64,000 nucleotides of DNA from the NCBI GenBank assembly GCA_963775895.1, contig CAVZKL010000010.1, positions 1 through 64,000 on the forward strand. Reading direction: 5' to 3'. A model generated the notes under the pieces. It was given only the letters and a program-made list of their open reading frames with translations, searched no databases and had not been told where the DNA came from. The stretch comes from Candidatus Bathyarchaeota archaeon (GTDB taxonomy: Archaea; Thermoproteota; Bathyarchaeia; Bathyarchaeales; Bathycorpusculaceae). Numbering within the stretch: position 1 is the stretch's first letter; each line of letters opens with the position of its first letter. A program made the translations under genes and the position numbers. This document shows, piece after piece, positions 20,763 through 31,786 of this stretch.

Positions 20763-21074
20763 TCAAGCGCTTTCTTCTTGTGCAGCAGGCGTTTCCTCTT
20801 CTGCCGTCTCTTCAACCGGCAATCCTTTGGCTGAACGCTTTGCCACTGTTCCCAGTTTCGTGACTGGAGTGTAGGCTCCGCCTGTGTATTTGAAACCGCA
20901 TTTTCTGCAGAACCATACGCCAACGCTTTCTCTTTTCACTCTGGGAAAACCACATTGCGGGCATCTGTGCGGCTTCTTCAGTTCTACCATCACTTTCATG
21001 TAGCGCTTTCTCACGGTGGATCCGTAACGAGGTCCGAGACCTCGTGTCGGTCCGACCTTCTTTGTTTTTCCCAT
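20763..21074 (-). CDS. rpl37ae: 50S ribosomal protein L37Ae
   Basis: GPRYG, CPQC, GVWFCRKC, GGAYTP. Confidence 0.95.
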   Translation of the reverse strand: MGKTKKVGPTRGLGPRYGSTVRKRYMKVMVELKKPHRCPQCGFPRVKRESVGVWFCRKCGFKYTGGAYTPVTKLGTVAKRSAKGLPVEETAEEETPAAQEESA

Positions 21075-21081
21075 AGGGTTT

Positions 21082-21873
21082 TCACCAGTTCAGTTTCTTG
21101 CGCATTTCTTTGGCTTTGGCTTTGGCTATTTTTGCCGCTTCGAATATCTCGTTCGGCTCAAAGTATCCACTGCCGCCCTTCTGTATGGCGCATATGTTTT
21201 CGTCTTCGTCGATTGCAAACGTGATTCTTGCGTCCATGACTAGTTCCTCTTCCAGCTGTGGATCGACAACTAGCTTGTCTTCGATTTTGGCGACAGTTAC
21301 GGTTATTGGGTGTTTTCGAATTGGAAGTTGTTCGTATCCCGGTTTCAATTTGACTTCTCCGTCTTTGATTTCGTAGTTTGACATTTTTGTGTTGAGCAGG
21401 GCAGACATTGCGGCCAAAGCCGAGGCATCTATCAGGTTTCCGTCGTGGTTGAGGACGTAGATGTCAACGAAGACAACGAAGACTTTCTTGCCGGGTTCGA
21501 TGACCAATTTTTCTACGTTGATGACTTTTGATTCCCTTATTCCTCTGTCAACGATTCTGGCTAGCTCGATGGACATTTCGTCGGGTGGTCCTGCTTCGAA
21601 TTCTGGTGATGCTATGGGTGTCAGTTCTGCATTGACCGTCAAGACCCCTTCGTTCGGCGTGTCTGAAAATGGTTCACCCATCTCGATTTTTACTCCAACC
21701 ACTACCTCTGTTTTTCCGAGAAGCACCCTCGCGGACCCTTCAGCGCGTTCAATTATGCCCTGTTCGATCTTCATTTCGCGGTAGTCTTTCAGACCTCTAC
21801 CATCCATACGTTTTTCTTGGGCCATCAACTCTGATAGTTGCTTCTTCTTCACACGGGTGATTATCGCTGTCAT
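21082..21873 (-). CDS. rrp42: exosome complex protein Rrp42
   Basis: RMDGR, GSARV, ELARIVDRGIRES, HDGNLIDA. Confidence 0.95.
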   Translation of the reverse strand: MTAIITRVKKKQLSELMAQEKRMDGRGLKDYREMKIEQGIIERAEGSARVLLGKTEVVVGVKIEMGEPFSDTPNEGVLTVNAELTPIASPEFEAGPPDEMSIELARIVDRGIRESKVINVEKLVIEPGKKVFVVFVDIYVLNHDGNLIDASALAAMSALLNTKMSNYEIKDGEVKLKPGYEQLPIRKHPITVTVAKIEDKLVVDPQLEEELVMDARITFAIDEDENICAIQKGGSGYFEPNEIFEAAKIAKAKAKEMRKKLNW

Positions 21874-22622
21874 TATTCTTCAACCTCCTCCTTGGTTTCT
21901 TCGCTCACATTGACGTACTTCTGTTTGAGTGCCTCTTTCTGCATGGCGTAGATTTGTCTGCATCCATCGAGTGCCATGTTGACGGCTTTCTCAAACTCTT
22001 CGTGCGTCAATAATCCATCCATTTGAAGAAGAGTCACAGCGTTCAGATTGGGCATTAACGCGACGGGGACGTCTGCTGCGCCCAGTTTGTCTTCAGTGTC
22101 CATCAAGTCCAGCACCACGGTGTCGTCCACTTTGCCTGCTGCGCACGCAACAACGAGGTCCCTCATCGGGATGCCCGAGTCGGCAAGAGCCAACGCTGCT
22201 GCCGTTATGGCGGCACATCTGGTTCCTCCGTCCGCCTGGAGGACTTCTATGAAAACGTCCACCATCGTGCGCGGATAAAACTCCATGAAGACGGCTGGTT
22301 CCAGTGACTCTCTTATGACTTTTGAAAGTTCCACCTCTCTTCTTGATGGCGCCGGTGACTTGCGTTCTTGAACTGAGAACGGGGCCATGTGATAGCGGCA
22401 CTTCATCACTGTTCGATCTTGAAGTGCCAAATGTTTCGGGTGGACCTCTCTCGGACCGTAGACGGCTGCCAGTATCTTGTTCTTTCCATGTTCGATGTAC
22501 GCTGACCCGTCGGCGTTTGCTATCACGCCTACTTCAAGTTTTACTGGTCTCAGCTCGTCGGCTTTTCTTCCGTCCAATCTCAGTCCTTTCTTGTCAATCA
22601 ATTTTTCTGGTTTATCATTCAT
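21873..22622 (-). CDS. rrp41: exosome complex exonuclease Rrp41
   Basis: [22 protein letters not shown]. Confidence 0.95.
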   Translation of the reverse strand: MNDKPEKLIDKKGLRLDGRKADELRPVKLEVGVIANADGSAYIEHGKNKILAAVYGPREVHPKHLALQDRTVMKCRYHMAPFSVQERKSPAPSRREVELSKVIRESLEPAVFMEFYPRTMVDVFIEVLQADGGTRCAAITAAALALADSGIPMRDLVVACAAGKVDDTVVLDLMDTEDKLGAADVPVALMPNLNAVTLLQMDGLLTHEEFEKAVNMALDGCRQIYAMQKEALKQKYVNVSEETKEEVEE

Positions 22623-23334
22623 TCTTATTTTCCTCCTTTCTTGTTTTTTCTTCCTTTAACATCTGGGTTATGCGGTCTGTTAATCCGCTTGTATGGGACT
22701 CCTGTTCGATCTTGAGTAACGCTCGCATCGCGAGTTGTTCGTCTTCCAAGGTTTTTCCCGTTATCAGCACGACGCCGTTGAGCCCGAGTATTATGTTGCA
22801 TCCAGTTTCCTGTTTGATCGTGGATATCATCGAGCCCTTTTTCCCGATGACGCGTGGAATCTTTGTGGGTGTGATTTTGATTATCTGTCCACGGGTTATT
22901 TTTCCGAGTCCCGGTTCTGCAACGGTCAGTTGTGGATCGTGTGTTCTGTCATAGGAAACTACCTTTGCCACTACGAGATCGCCTGCGTCAAGAACTTGAG
23001 GCAGGTCGTCTTTTTGCGGCTTGAAAGGTCTGCTGAGAACGTCTGACGCTCTCAGAAGTGCAATGTACGGCGAGTTTATGTCTACAGTCCAGCCGTTGAA
23101 TCCGACTTCTGTTATCGTTCCAATGACTATGTCTCCGGCTCTGGGAACGTAGAAGGCCTTGAGTGCTACGACGTCCACTCTCTTGTTCTCGTATTCAACT
23201 ATTCCAACGCGCGCTGCATAGATTTTGCCGTCTTCGACGAAGGTGTTTTCTCCTCCAAGGTACTCTCCTTCTGCGATTAGATCGCCAGGAGTCACGAGTT
23301 GTCTTTTTTCCAGAAATATGGGCATTTTTTTCAC
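22615..23334 (-). CDS. rrp4: exosome RNA-binding protein Rrp4
   Basis: S1 domain plus KH domain (RVIGKKGSM), GLNG. Confidence 0.95.
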   Translation of the reverse strand: MKKMPIFLEKRQLVTPGDLIAEGEYLGGENTFVEDGKIYAARVGIVEYENKRVDVVALKAFYVPRAGDIVIGTITEVGFNGWTVDINSPYIALLRASDVLSRPFKPQKDDLPQVLDAGDLVVAKVVSYDRTHDPQLTVAEPGLGKITRGQIIKITPTKIPRVIGKKGSMISTIKQETGCNIILGLNGVVLITGKTLEDEQLAMRALLKIEQESHTSGLTDRITQMLKEEKTRKEENKNE

Positions 23335-23354
23335 CTATCCGTTCTTAAAAGATT

Positions 23355-24044
23355 CTATTTTATTACTTTCGCTTCCCCAGTTCCCTTCGTTATTTCACCG
23401 AGTTTTTCTAGGAACGGGGCATAGGAACCTGCGGGCATTTCAAGAACTCCTTGCCACGAACCGTCAGCACGCCATTCTTCTCGTCTGATTGTGCCGAAGC
23501 CTTTGATTGAGCCGTAAGCTCTCGCCGAGTGCGCGGCTGGGATCGTTACGTCTAGCGAGATTTGTTCCATCTTTAGGGGCAGTATGATTCGTAGAGCTTT
23601 GATTATCTCTTTTGCTTGTTCCTCAACCGGCTTGAACGGGTCGATCGAGTAGCGGATCTGTTCCATCGCGTTTTCTATTCTTGTTGGGGGATGTGGAAGG
23701 TTCGTCTTGGGGTCAACGCTCTGTCTTGCTATGAAGTCTATGATCTGTTTCTTCTTGTCTTCCGTCATTTTTCTTCGCTGTTCCGTCGTAAGCTGCAGAG
23801 TTCCTTTCGTCAAGATTGTCTCTGCGATTTTCAGTGCGTCAGTGGTGCTGAAGATCTTGCGAAGGTTTTCTTCTGACGCTCTTGTGCCCTTGTTTGCGTC
23901 CGAGAATATCGTTTCGGCTGCCAGCACTTCGGTGATGGCGGCCATTTTTCCCATTCGGTAGTCTAGAGCCTTTTGCGGTTTGACCAGTATTTCAAAATGC
24001 TCATCATCTTTGGTCATGCGTGCAACGGTGTACTTGTCACTCAT
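23355..24044 (-). CDS. ribosome maturation factor SBDS
   Basis: HFEILV, LQLTTEQRR, PHPPTRIENAM. Confidence 0.95.
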   Translation of the reverse strand: MSDKYTVARMTKDDEHFEILVKPQKALDYRMGKMAAITEVLAAETIFSDANKGTRASEENLRKIFSTTDALKIAETILTKGTLQLTTEQRRKMTEDKKKQIIDFIARQSVDPKTNLPHPPTRIENAMEQIRYSIDPFKPVEEQAKEIIKALRIILPLKMEQISLDVTIPAAHSARAYGSIKGFGTIRREEWRADGSWQGVLEMPAGSYAPFLEKLGEITKGTGEAKVIK

Positions 24045-24051
24045 CAGTTTG

Positions 24052-24780
24052 TCACTTGCCCACGCCAAGCTGTTTCATTATACCCTCGACTTTTTCGTCC
24101 GTTAGGACCGTCATCTTCTTGTTTTCTGATGGTATGACCGCTACTTTGATTCGTGGAGGTAACTGTCTTGCTTCAAGAGCTTTTGTCAGGCATTTGACAG
24201 CAAGTTTTGTGGCGTTTTCGATTTCCATGTCTTCTTTGTACTCTTCTTTCAGTATGTTGAATACTGTTTCTCTTCCGGCGCCCTCTGTTCTGGCTTTGTA
24301 CCCTCTGTACGTTCCACTTGGGTGGGTTCCGAACACGCGGGGTCCCGTTTTGTCAACGCCCGCGAATATCATGGACACGCCGAAGGGTCTTACGCCCGCG
24401 TGTTGTGTGTAGAGCTGTTTGATGTCGCATATTCTCTTGGTAACCACTTCTGTGTCGATTGGTTCATCGTAAGTCAGTTTGTTCGACTGGGCGTGAACCC
24501 TTGCTTGATCTATGAGTATCCGTGCGTCTGAACTCAAGCCGACTATTGCTGCGCCAACATGGTCGTCTATCTTGAAGATTTTCCACGAGTATTCTGATTC
24601 TTCAAGGGGGTCTACAGTTTCTTCTGCTCCTAATACAACTCCCCCTGTGCAGCGAAGGGCCAGAATTGTTGCTCCGCGGTTTACTAATTCCATTGCGTAT
24701 TCAACTTGGAAAAGTCGACCATCTGGTGAGAAAACAGTTATCGCGCGGTCATATGCACCTGGTGCTGCGAATACTGACAT
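24052..24780 (-). CDS. psmA: proteasome alpha subunit
   Basis: YDRAITVFSPDGRLFQVEYA, RPFGVS. Confidence 0.97.
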   Translation of the reverse strand: MSVFAAPGAYDRAITVFSPDGRLFQVEYAMELVNRGATILALRCTGGVVLGAEETVDPLEESEYSWKIFKIDDHVGAAIVGLSSDARILIDQARVHAQSNKLTYDEPIDTEVVTKRICDIKQLYTQHAGVRPFGVSMIFAGVDKTGPRVFGTHPSGTYRGYKARTEGAGRETVFNILKEEYKEDMEIENATKLAVKCLTKALEARQLPPRIKVAVIPSENKKMTVLTDEKVEGIMKQLGVGK

Positions 24781-24966
24781 TCATTCATTCCTCACAGTGT
24801 ATCCTAATCGTTTGCAGTCTCTCATATGGCAACTTGACTAAAAACCTTTCCTATTTAAGCGCAGAGTTTGCGTTGGTCGTGTTTATTCGTGAATCGAATG
24901 TTACTCGAAAGTCCTTTCAAAAAACAGAAAAGGTGTTGCGTGGAATGTCCATGTCGAACGTGGAAA

Positions 24967-26190
24967 TTATTCTTTCCAATCTAGAAGTCTCTTCTCGCCT
25001 TCGATCTTCTTGAGTTCAGTCAAATCTTGAGTGACTTCCATCGTTCCCAAGTAAACGCCATTCTTGTCCCTGACCGCGAAGTATCTTATGTGAACTAGAC
25101 GTCCACCCATCGTTATCCAGAATTCAGCTGAATCCTTCTTCCCTTCTCTGAAGCTCTCAACGATCTTCTTAACTATGCGAACGCTTTTCTGCGGATGGCA
25201 GAGTTCTACTTTCCTACCTATGACAGACTTTGTACGGACGAAGATTCTTTTCTCAGCTTTGTTGAAGTATTTTACGCTGTCATTCTTGTCCACAAACGAA
25301 ATGTCCACGGGAAGTGCATCTAGAATTGCCTCAATCTCTTCCTTTGAAAGGCTTCCATTTTCGAAATTCAAGTTCTCCACACTCGACGATTTTCTTTCTC
25401 GCTCCTCTTTCGTCTGCATTTTCACCGTTGCAGCTGGAGGCGTGAAGCAGCAATAACCAATTTCATCGAACTCCTTCCTTGCCTCTTCCCACTCTTCAAC
25501 GGAAGCTGCTTGCACAGTTGCAGGGAAAAGGATGTTATTCTCTTTGTAGAAGTGTGATGGAAGAAGTGTGCACAAGGGTTTGGCCACATCAACCAACTGT
25601 TTCTTGAAGTCATCAAACCTCATTGAATTCCATTTTTCAATCAGTTTAACGAAATTCCGTTTGACCTCTCTGATTTTGTCGTGTTCCATCCACATTATCG
25701 CTGGAGGTTCCGTTATCCCATGCTTTTCAGCGATGGGGAAGATGACGTTTTCCTCGCGCAGGTAGTGCTTTTCTGAGTCTTGAAACTCCTTTGCCATGTT
25801 CTGCAGTTCGGTCAGCACGTCTCCGACGTAGACCCAATCACACGCCTCTTCGACCATGCCGATGTACTTTTGTAGTTTCTCGGTGCGTTCGAGCAAGATT
25901 CTGTGTTCTTCGATTTGAATGCTGATGGGATGTCCCTCGGGAAGAAGCAGTTCTGGTCCCTGCAACTGCTCCGCAAAAATAGCCATGTGAACATCGCAGA
26001 GTTTCTGCAACTCTTCCCTTGGCATTCCTTCCTTGACGAGTTCCTGTTCAACCCTCACGATGTCTTCCGTTTTTACGTCTTTCAGCACGTCTTTGAACTT
26101 CTCTTTGATCTCTTCTGGGTTTGCTCCTCCTGGCAGTTGCTTGATTATCTCCTTGAGAAGTTTCTTCTTTGCCTCATCAATCTGGCTCAT
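24967..26190 (-). CDS. DUF438 / hemerythrin / PAS_10 domain protein
   Basis: LCDVH, GHP...EH, HYLREEN, WMEHD, HFYKEEN-like motif, PAS with CHPQKS. Confidence 0.9.
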   Translation of the reverse strand: MSQIDEAKKKLLKEIIKQLPGGANPEEIKEKFKDVLKDVKTEDIVRVEQELVKEGMPREELQKLCDVHMAIFAEQLQGPELLLPEGHPISIQIEEHRILLERTEKLQKYIGMVEEACDWVYVGDVLTELQNMAKEFQDSEKHYLREENVIFPIAEKHGITEPPAIMWMEHDKIREVKRNFVKLIEKWNSMRFDDFKKQLVDVAKPLCTLLPSHFYKENNILFPATVQAASVEEWEEARKEFDEIGYCCFTPPAATVKMQTKEERERKSSSVENLNFENGSLSKEEIEAILDALPVDISFVDKNDSVKYFNKAEKRIFVRTKSVIGRKVELCHPQKSVRIVKKIVESFREGKKDSAEFWITMGGRLVHIRYFAVRDKNGVYLGTMEVTQDLTELKKIEGEKRLLDWKE

Positions 26191-26257
26191 TTTTCGGCTC
26201 CTTTCATCTGATTGCATATCTGTAATCAATTTTGAAAGGCTAAATAGGTTCTGCTTT

Positions 26258-27445
26258 CTAGCTGCTTTCCTTGATCTTCTTCGCCAACGTCTTTCCAAAT
26301 TCAACTATTTTATTCGTGTCAGCTTCTGTGGGAGGACCGTTGATCTCCAATGCACCAACGATTTCCATTTTGGTCGGCCCCAGAGTTTCCTGAATGTGTT
26401 TTATTGCCCCGCCACCCCAACCGTAGCTGCTCAAAACTACCGCGAACTTCGCTGGGGGCCGGAGGACTTTTGCCAAGTAAGCAGCGTACATTCCTAGTGG
26501 GTGGGCGCCTGCCAGGACTGTTGGTGTTCCCAGGATTATGGCTCTTGAGTCGACCAGGTCTTTTGCTAGGTCGCCGATGTCTGCAACGGGCAGGTGGTGT
26601 TTTGCAACTTCGATTCCTTCGGACATGAGCGTTTCTTCAATCGGTTTGATCATTTTTTCAGTGCTGTTCCACATCGTTACGTAGATTATTACTGCCTTTT
26701 GTTTTGTTTCTCCGTTTGCCCATTTCTTATAAGCCGTCAATATGCGGTCAGGATTTCTGTGTATTGGTCCGTGGCTTGGGGCGATCAATTTGATCTGTAG
26801 ATCCTTGATTTTCTCCATGCCCTTCAGGGCGTTAGGTCTGAACGGCATCATGATTTCGCCGAAGTACTTCTGTGCGAAGACGATCAGGTCTTCCACTTGA
26901 TCGTCGTACAATGCTTCGGCGACGTGAGCTCCGAAGAAATCGCAGGGAAACAATATCTTGTCTTCGGCAAGGTAAGTGAACATCGTTTCTGGCCAGTGGA
27001 GCATCGGAGCCTCGATGAACTTGAGGGTCTTGCCTCCGAGGTCTATGTTTTCTCCGTCAGCCACGACCTTTATTCTCTCTTCGGGCACTTTGTAGAAGGT
27101 CTGCGCCATCTTTGCTCCGCGGCTCGTTGTTACGAGTTTTGCTTTGCTGTTGATTGACATTATGTGGGGGATTGATCCCGCATGGTCAGGTTCAGCATGG
27201 TTCATTATGACATAGTCGACGTTGCTGGGGTCTGTGATTTTAGCTATTTTCTCTGTCCATTCTTTTTCGAAGCCTGGGTTCACGGTGTCGATCAATGCTT
27301 TCTTCTGAGTGCCGACAACGAGGTAAGCATTGTATGTTGTTCCTCTGGGCAATGGGATGAGCGCGTCAAAAAGCCTTCTGTTCCAGTCTCTTACGCCTAC
27401 CCAATAAACGTCTTTGGAAAGTTCAGCAGTATTTCTCCAATTCAT
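26258..27445 (-). CDS. fprA: flavodiiron protein (FprA/ROO)
   Basis: HAEPDH, LHWPE, CDFFG, PSHG, flavodoxin domain SYGW. Confidence 0.95.
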   Translation of the reverse strand: MNWRNTAELSKDVYWVGVRDWNRRLFDALIPLPRGTTYNAYLVVGTQKKALIDTVNPGFEKEWTEKIAKITDPSNVDYVIMNHAEPDHAGSIPHIMSINSKAKLVTTSRGAKMAQTFYKVPEERIKVVADGENIDLGGKTLKFIEAPMLHWPETMFTYLAEDKILFPCDFFGAHVAEALYDDQVEDLIVFAQKYFGEIMMPFRPNALKGMEKIKDLQIKLIAPSHGPIHRNPDRILTAYKKWANGETKQKAVIIYVTMWNSTEKMIKPIEETLMSEGIEVAKHHLPVADIGDLAKDLVDSRAIILGTPTVLAGAHPLGMYAAYLAKVLRPPAKFAVVLSSYGWGGGAIKHIQETLGPTKMEIVGALEINGPPTEADTNKIVEFGKTLAKKIKESS

Positions 27446-27527
27446 TCATGTCACCTTTAAGTGGCTATTACAATCGTAATAAAGTATATTTATGCCTTTC
27501 TGCACTAGTCACTCGGAAGCAGCGTAA

Positions 27528-27929
27528 ATGTCTGTCCCGTGCGAAGTCGCCGTAAAGTGCGTCCTGCCCGTCGTGAGGGCCATGGTCGCTAAGGAGCTCA
27601 GGAGCGGTAATGGTTTGAGACAGGTTGATGTTGCCAGGCTTCTCAGGGTGAGTCAGCCTGCTATAAGCTTGTACCAGAGAGACATGAGAGGGAAGGCTAT
27701 GGATCTCGAGAACGACGAAGAAATCCAACGGCTGGTGTTCAAGATGGCTGAAGCGTTAGCCAATGACAAACTTCCACGCACAGAGTTAGTTTTGATGTAT
27801 TGTGAAATCTGCAAAACGATTAGGGGTAAGGGTTTGATGTGCAAATTGCACAAGTCTTTTGATTCGACGGTTGACACGGAGAACTGTGAAGTCTGCAAAT
27901 CAACGATCCCATCAACGTGTTTCTATTAG
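27528..27929 (+). CDS. Cys-rich HTH transcriptional regulator
   Basis: PCE...LP, HTH VSQPAISLY, CEIC...CKLH...CEVC. Confidence 0.8.
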   Translation: MSVPCEVAVKCVLPVVRAMVAKELRSGNGLRQVDVARLLRVSQPAISLYQRDMRGKAMDLENDEEIQRLVFKMAEALANDKLPRTELVLMYCEICKTIRGKGLMCKLHKSFDSTVDTENCEVCKSTIPSTCFY

Positions 27930-28213
27930 TGCGCGAAAAGCCTGGAATCTTGAGAAAAGCAGGTTTTCATTTATTCGAGGCCAATCTGACGTTACGCGTG
28001 TGAAGATTATCATTATGGCAAAAAGATTCAAGCCCATGTTTATTGAGTGGCTTTCACGTGCATTGTTTATATGCCAACGCATCCTAAATTTAACGATTGA
28101 CTCGTGAAGACGCTAGCGTCAAAAGAGTTCAAGTTTTTTGCTGATTTGGGATTCACAATATTTTAATACGCGCTGCATCGTCCATTGATTTCAAAACAAA
28201 GGAAGAGAATGAT

Positions 28214-29825
28214 ATGAAGATCACACACGTAATGGGAATACTGCTGATCTGTACCATATTCATTAGCGCTGTTTCGATAACTGTAAAGGCGGATACCCTC
28301 GTCAAAGAGGATTTTCTTTCGGAGAGCTTTTCGAAGACCGTCGATTTCTTCGACTACGCCAGAGCCTATGCCACGCTTAACGGCATCCCTACTCCTGCTG
28401 GATTCGAGAACGATCACGCGTACCTCTACATGAACTACATCAACACCAGTGGCCTGCAGTTGTTCTATGCTGGTTTGGATAACATAACGAATGGTGGAGC
28501 AGGTGCATTCAGGATACCCATGCAGTCTTTCATCATGCACTACAAGACCAATAATCAAAGTCGTGACGTTTTGTTGGGTTCGACTTTTCTGATGCTCATG
28601 GCCTTCAACGAAACGGGCGATACGATCTTCCCTGGTTCTCCAGACATCAATGACACTCTTTGGGCTTCGTTCAGCATGGGCTTCGACCTGAGCGCTTTGA
28701 ACGCGACGCTTCCAGTTTTCAACAGCAAAGCCGAAGCTTTACCTCTGCAACATTCCGATGACAAGCTGCAATGGTCGTGGGGCATGAGATACACAAACTT
28801 GACAGCTCTGTGGTGGAGAACGTGGATTGATCCAAATGATCCACACTTCGACAACAGCTGGCCCGTGGCCGTAACAGTCTACGACGAGCTAACCTTCACC
28901 TACAACCTCACCATAGACCCATCATCGAACACTGCAACCCTCACAGAGAATCACGTGATCGGAAGAATGAGGGAGCTCCTGGTTAGCTGGCTGCCCTGGT
29001 TGCCCTTGATCTGGGTTCACTACAACAGCACAGGAACATATCTACTGGGGGAATAAGATAGGCAACGATACTATCTACGATTTCCTCCAGAACAACGGCA
29101 TCAAAATGAGCATAATTGATTTCCAAACATCAATCATGGCTGACCGGGAAACCTACAGTCAGACATCCACCGGCGAGAATGTCACGAACACGGAGACGCC
29201 TGTCACTAATGAGTCAGTAATCACGTACGCTAATGACGGCGAAAAGATAAGTGATGCCAACTTTGGAAGCAAAGACACGTACAAACTTTTCAACTACACA
29301 GCCGATCCAACCGAGACATCTTATGCAACTTACAACGCGACGGCGCGAACTGCCAAGGCAGCAGGTTTTGCGGGCAATTCTGGTCTGTTCGCTTATCATA
29401 TAGGCCTCTTGAAGTTCCTTCCGCTTGTCGTCATCGGCATGTACCCACAACTCTACGAAAGGGCCAAAGACAGCATAACCAACATGAGCCGTGCAAACTA
29501 CTTCTACATAATCGGCTACCCAACGTACAGCGGCTACAGAGTGGAAAACGACCCAGTTCTCACGGTGTACATGGCCACACAAACGTCAGGAGCGAGTGGC
29601 CCGCTAGGCGTAGGCGGCATCATACTCGTTGGCATCGTGGCAATCGTCGCAATCGTGATCGTTGCTGCGCTGGTTCTGCGCGGAAAGAAACCCAAGAACC
29701 AGAGACACAACGCCGCCCCCACCCCCGCCGCAACAAAGCTAGGCTCTCTCTTCCCGCATATTTTTTTCCAATTCGAAAGCGCAAACAACCTGCTTTTGGT
29801 ATTCTCAAATGTCTTCGTACTCTAA
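28214..29825 (+). CDS. large secreted, C-terminally membrane-anchored protein (split by an indel at about 29050)
   Basis: Signal peptide. Removing one G from GGGGG at about 29047-29051 joins the two ORFs. Many N-x-T/S sites; C-terminal TM with basic and Pro-rich tail. Confidence 0.7.
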
Positions 29826-29919
29826 TAGCACAAAGTTCATTCGATGAGTTCGCGGGTTTAAGGAACCATTACCCGTTCATTTGGACGTCCTGAACCAAGT
29901 CAGACGAGAATAGTGAGGA

Positions 29920-30007
29920 TGGTGCGGGGGATGGGACTTGAACCCATGAACGCCTACGCGACAAGGTCCTAAGCCTTGCTCCTTTGACCAAGCTCGGAAA
30001 CCCCCGC
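29920..30007 (-). tRNA. tRNA-Leu(TAG)
   Basis: GCGGGGG acceptor, CAAGG-CT-TAG-GA-CCTTG, long variable arm, TTCAAGT, CCA. Confidence 0.95.
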
Positions 30008-30123
30008 GTCTGTTGGAAAGACCAAGTGTTGAATTCCATGTCTTCTTTTATATCTGTTTAGTCTTGCCACTTTAGGAATGTTTAAAACATAAAAAACAGT
30101 TTGCTCACTAATGACTACACGGT

Positions 30124-30201
30124 GCCTCGGTGGCCTAGCCCGGTTAGGGCTTCGCCTTGGTAAGGCGGGGGTCGCGGGTTCAAATCCCGCCCGAGGCTCC
30201 A
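30124..30201 (+). tRNA. tRNA-Thr(GGT)
   Basis: GCCTCGG/CCGAGGC acceptor, loop TT-GGT-AA, GCGGG-TTCAAAT-CCCGC, TCCA. Confidence 0.95.
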
Positions 30202-30281
30202 TGCTCCTCAATGCCACGAGCGCTTTTCTGTTCCGAAAATTTCAAATTCATGACATCCTCATTCTTTCAGCTGGTGTTGTT

Positions 30282-30524
30282 TTGAGTTCCGAGAAACGTT
30301 TCACTCTAGAAGAACTAAAGGAGTATGATGGAAAAGACGGAAGACCCGCATACATTGCCTACAAAGGCAAAGTCTATGACGTTTCCGACGATTTCCTTTG
30401 GGTTGAAGGTGACCATCAGGGCGAGCACGTTGCTGGAAAGGATTTGACCGAAGAGATGGCGCAAGCTCCTCATGCTGAAGACGTGCTTGAAAGGGTTCCG
30501 CTCATAGGGGTTCTTGTCAAGTAA
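30282..30524 (+). CDS. cytochrome b5-like heme/steroid-binding domain protein
   Basis: FTLEELKEYDGKDGRPAYIAYKGKVYDVS...HVAGKDLT...APH. Confidence 0.9.
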   Translation: MSSEKRFTLEELKEYDGKDGRPAYIAYKGKVYDVSDDFLWVEGDHQGEHVAGKDLTEEMAQAPHAEDVLERVPLIGVLVK

Positions 30525-30621
30525 CAATGAATAGTTCCTGGAATTTGGTTATGACTGGTGCGCGCAAAAGAAGAACTGCTGTCATCTCGACTCATAGCAA
30601 AGCTTAAGAATACAGCGTATC

Positions 30622-31784
30622 ATGTATGGTAGGGCTTTGAACCTAAAATTAGCGAGACCAAAAGAAAGTCCTGCAGCCCTCTTGCTTCTTGAAGATGGAT
30701 CAATTTTCTCCGGTTCTGGGTTTGGTGCGTCAAGACAGGTTTCTGGCGAAGTCGTGTTCTCAACCTCTATGGTGGTGTACCCCGATGCTCTGACGGACGC
30801 ATCCTACAACGGACAGATCTTGGCGCTTACTTACCCGCTTGTCGGCAACTACGGTGTCCCTCCAAAGAGAGTCTGAGAACGGAATTCTGAAGTATTTTGA
30901 ATCCGACAACATCAAAGTGACCGGACTAATCGTGCACGAGTTGTGCAGAAATCCTTCACATTGGCAGTCATGCAAATCGCTCGATGACTGGCTTGCTGAA
31001 GAAAACGTGCCGGGCATTTGGGGAATTGACACAAGAAGACTTGTGAAGAAGCTCCGTGTCAAAGGCGTCATGCGCGGAATACTGAAGGTCTGCAGTATAG
31101 GTGAGGAGCCAGACGCAGAGAAACTCCTGAAGGAAGTAAAGTCAGTTCAGGACCCAAATTCGAGGGACCTCGTCTCCGAGGTCACTATCAAAGAACCCTT
31201 GTTTCATGGCGCCGGAGCGAGCAAGAGGATAGTGGTGATCGATTGCGGGGTGAAGTATGGCATTCTGCGAAGCCTGCTCAAGCATGAAATCGAGGTCGTC
31301 CGTGTGCCGTATGATTTTTCTTCGAAAGAGATTCTGGAGTACAAGCCTGACGGCGTCGTCGTTAGCAACGGTCCAGGCGACCCGCAGAAGATGTGTCAAA
31401 ACAGCGACCTGCGCCAGGGAGCTTACTGATGAAGAGATCCCGGTGTTTGGAATCTGTTTGGGTACGCAGTTGTTGACTCTGGGATTGGGCGGGGACACGT
31501 ACAAACTGAAGTACGGTCACCGATCCCAGAACCAGCCAGCACTTGATCTAGTAACAGGAAGATGTTACATCACTACGCAGAATCATGGTTACGCCGTAAA
31601 TCCTGATTCAGTTGAAGGCACGGACTTGTCGGTGTGGTTTGTCAATGCAAACGACAGGACAGTGGAAGCCGTAAGACACAAACGAAACCCAGCGTTTGGC
31701 GTTCAGTGGCATCCTGAGGGAGAGCCTGGTCCCCTTGACACAAAGTTTCTTTTTGATCACTTCTTGAAACTGAGCGGAGCATAA
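30622..31784 (+). CDS. carA: carbamoyl-phosphate synthase small subunit (two apparent frameshifts)
   Basis: [20 protein letters not shown] / GIDTR, SNGPGDP / GICLG, QNHG, QWHPE, in three frames. Confidence 0.92.
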
Positions 31785-31786
31785 TA

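Noticed and set aside
29969-30281. ORFs 29969-30217 and the 5' part of 30111-30524
   Set aside because: They overlap tRNA genes; the cytochrome b5-like protein starts near 30282.
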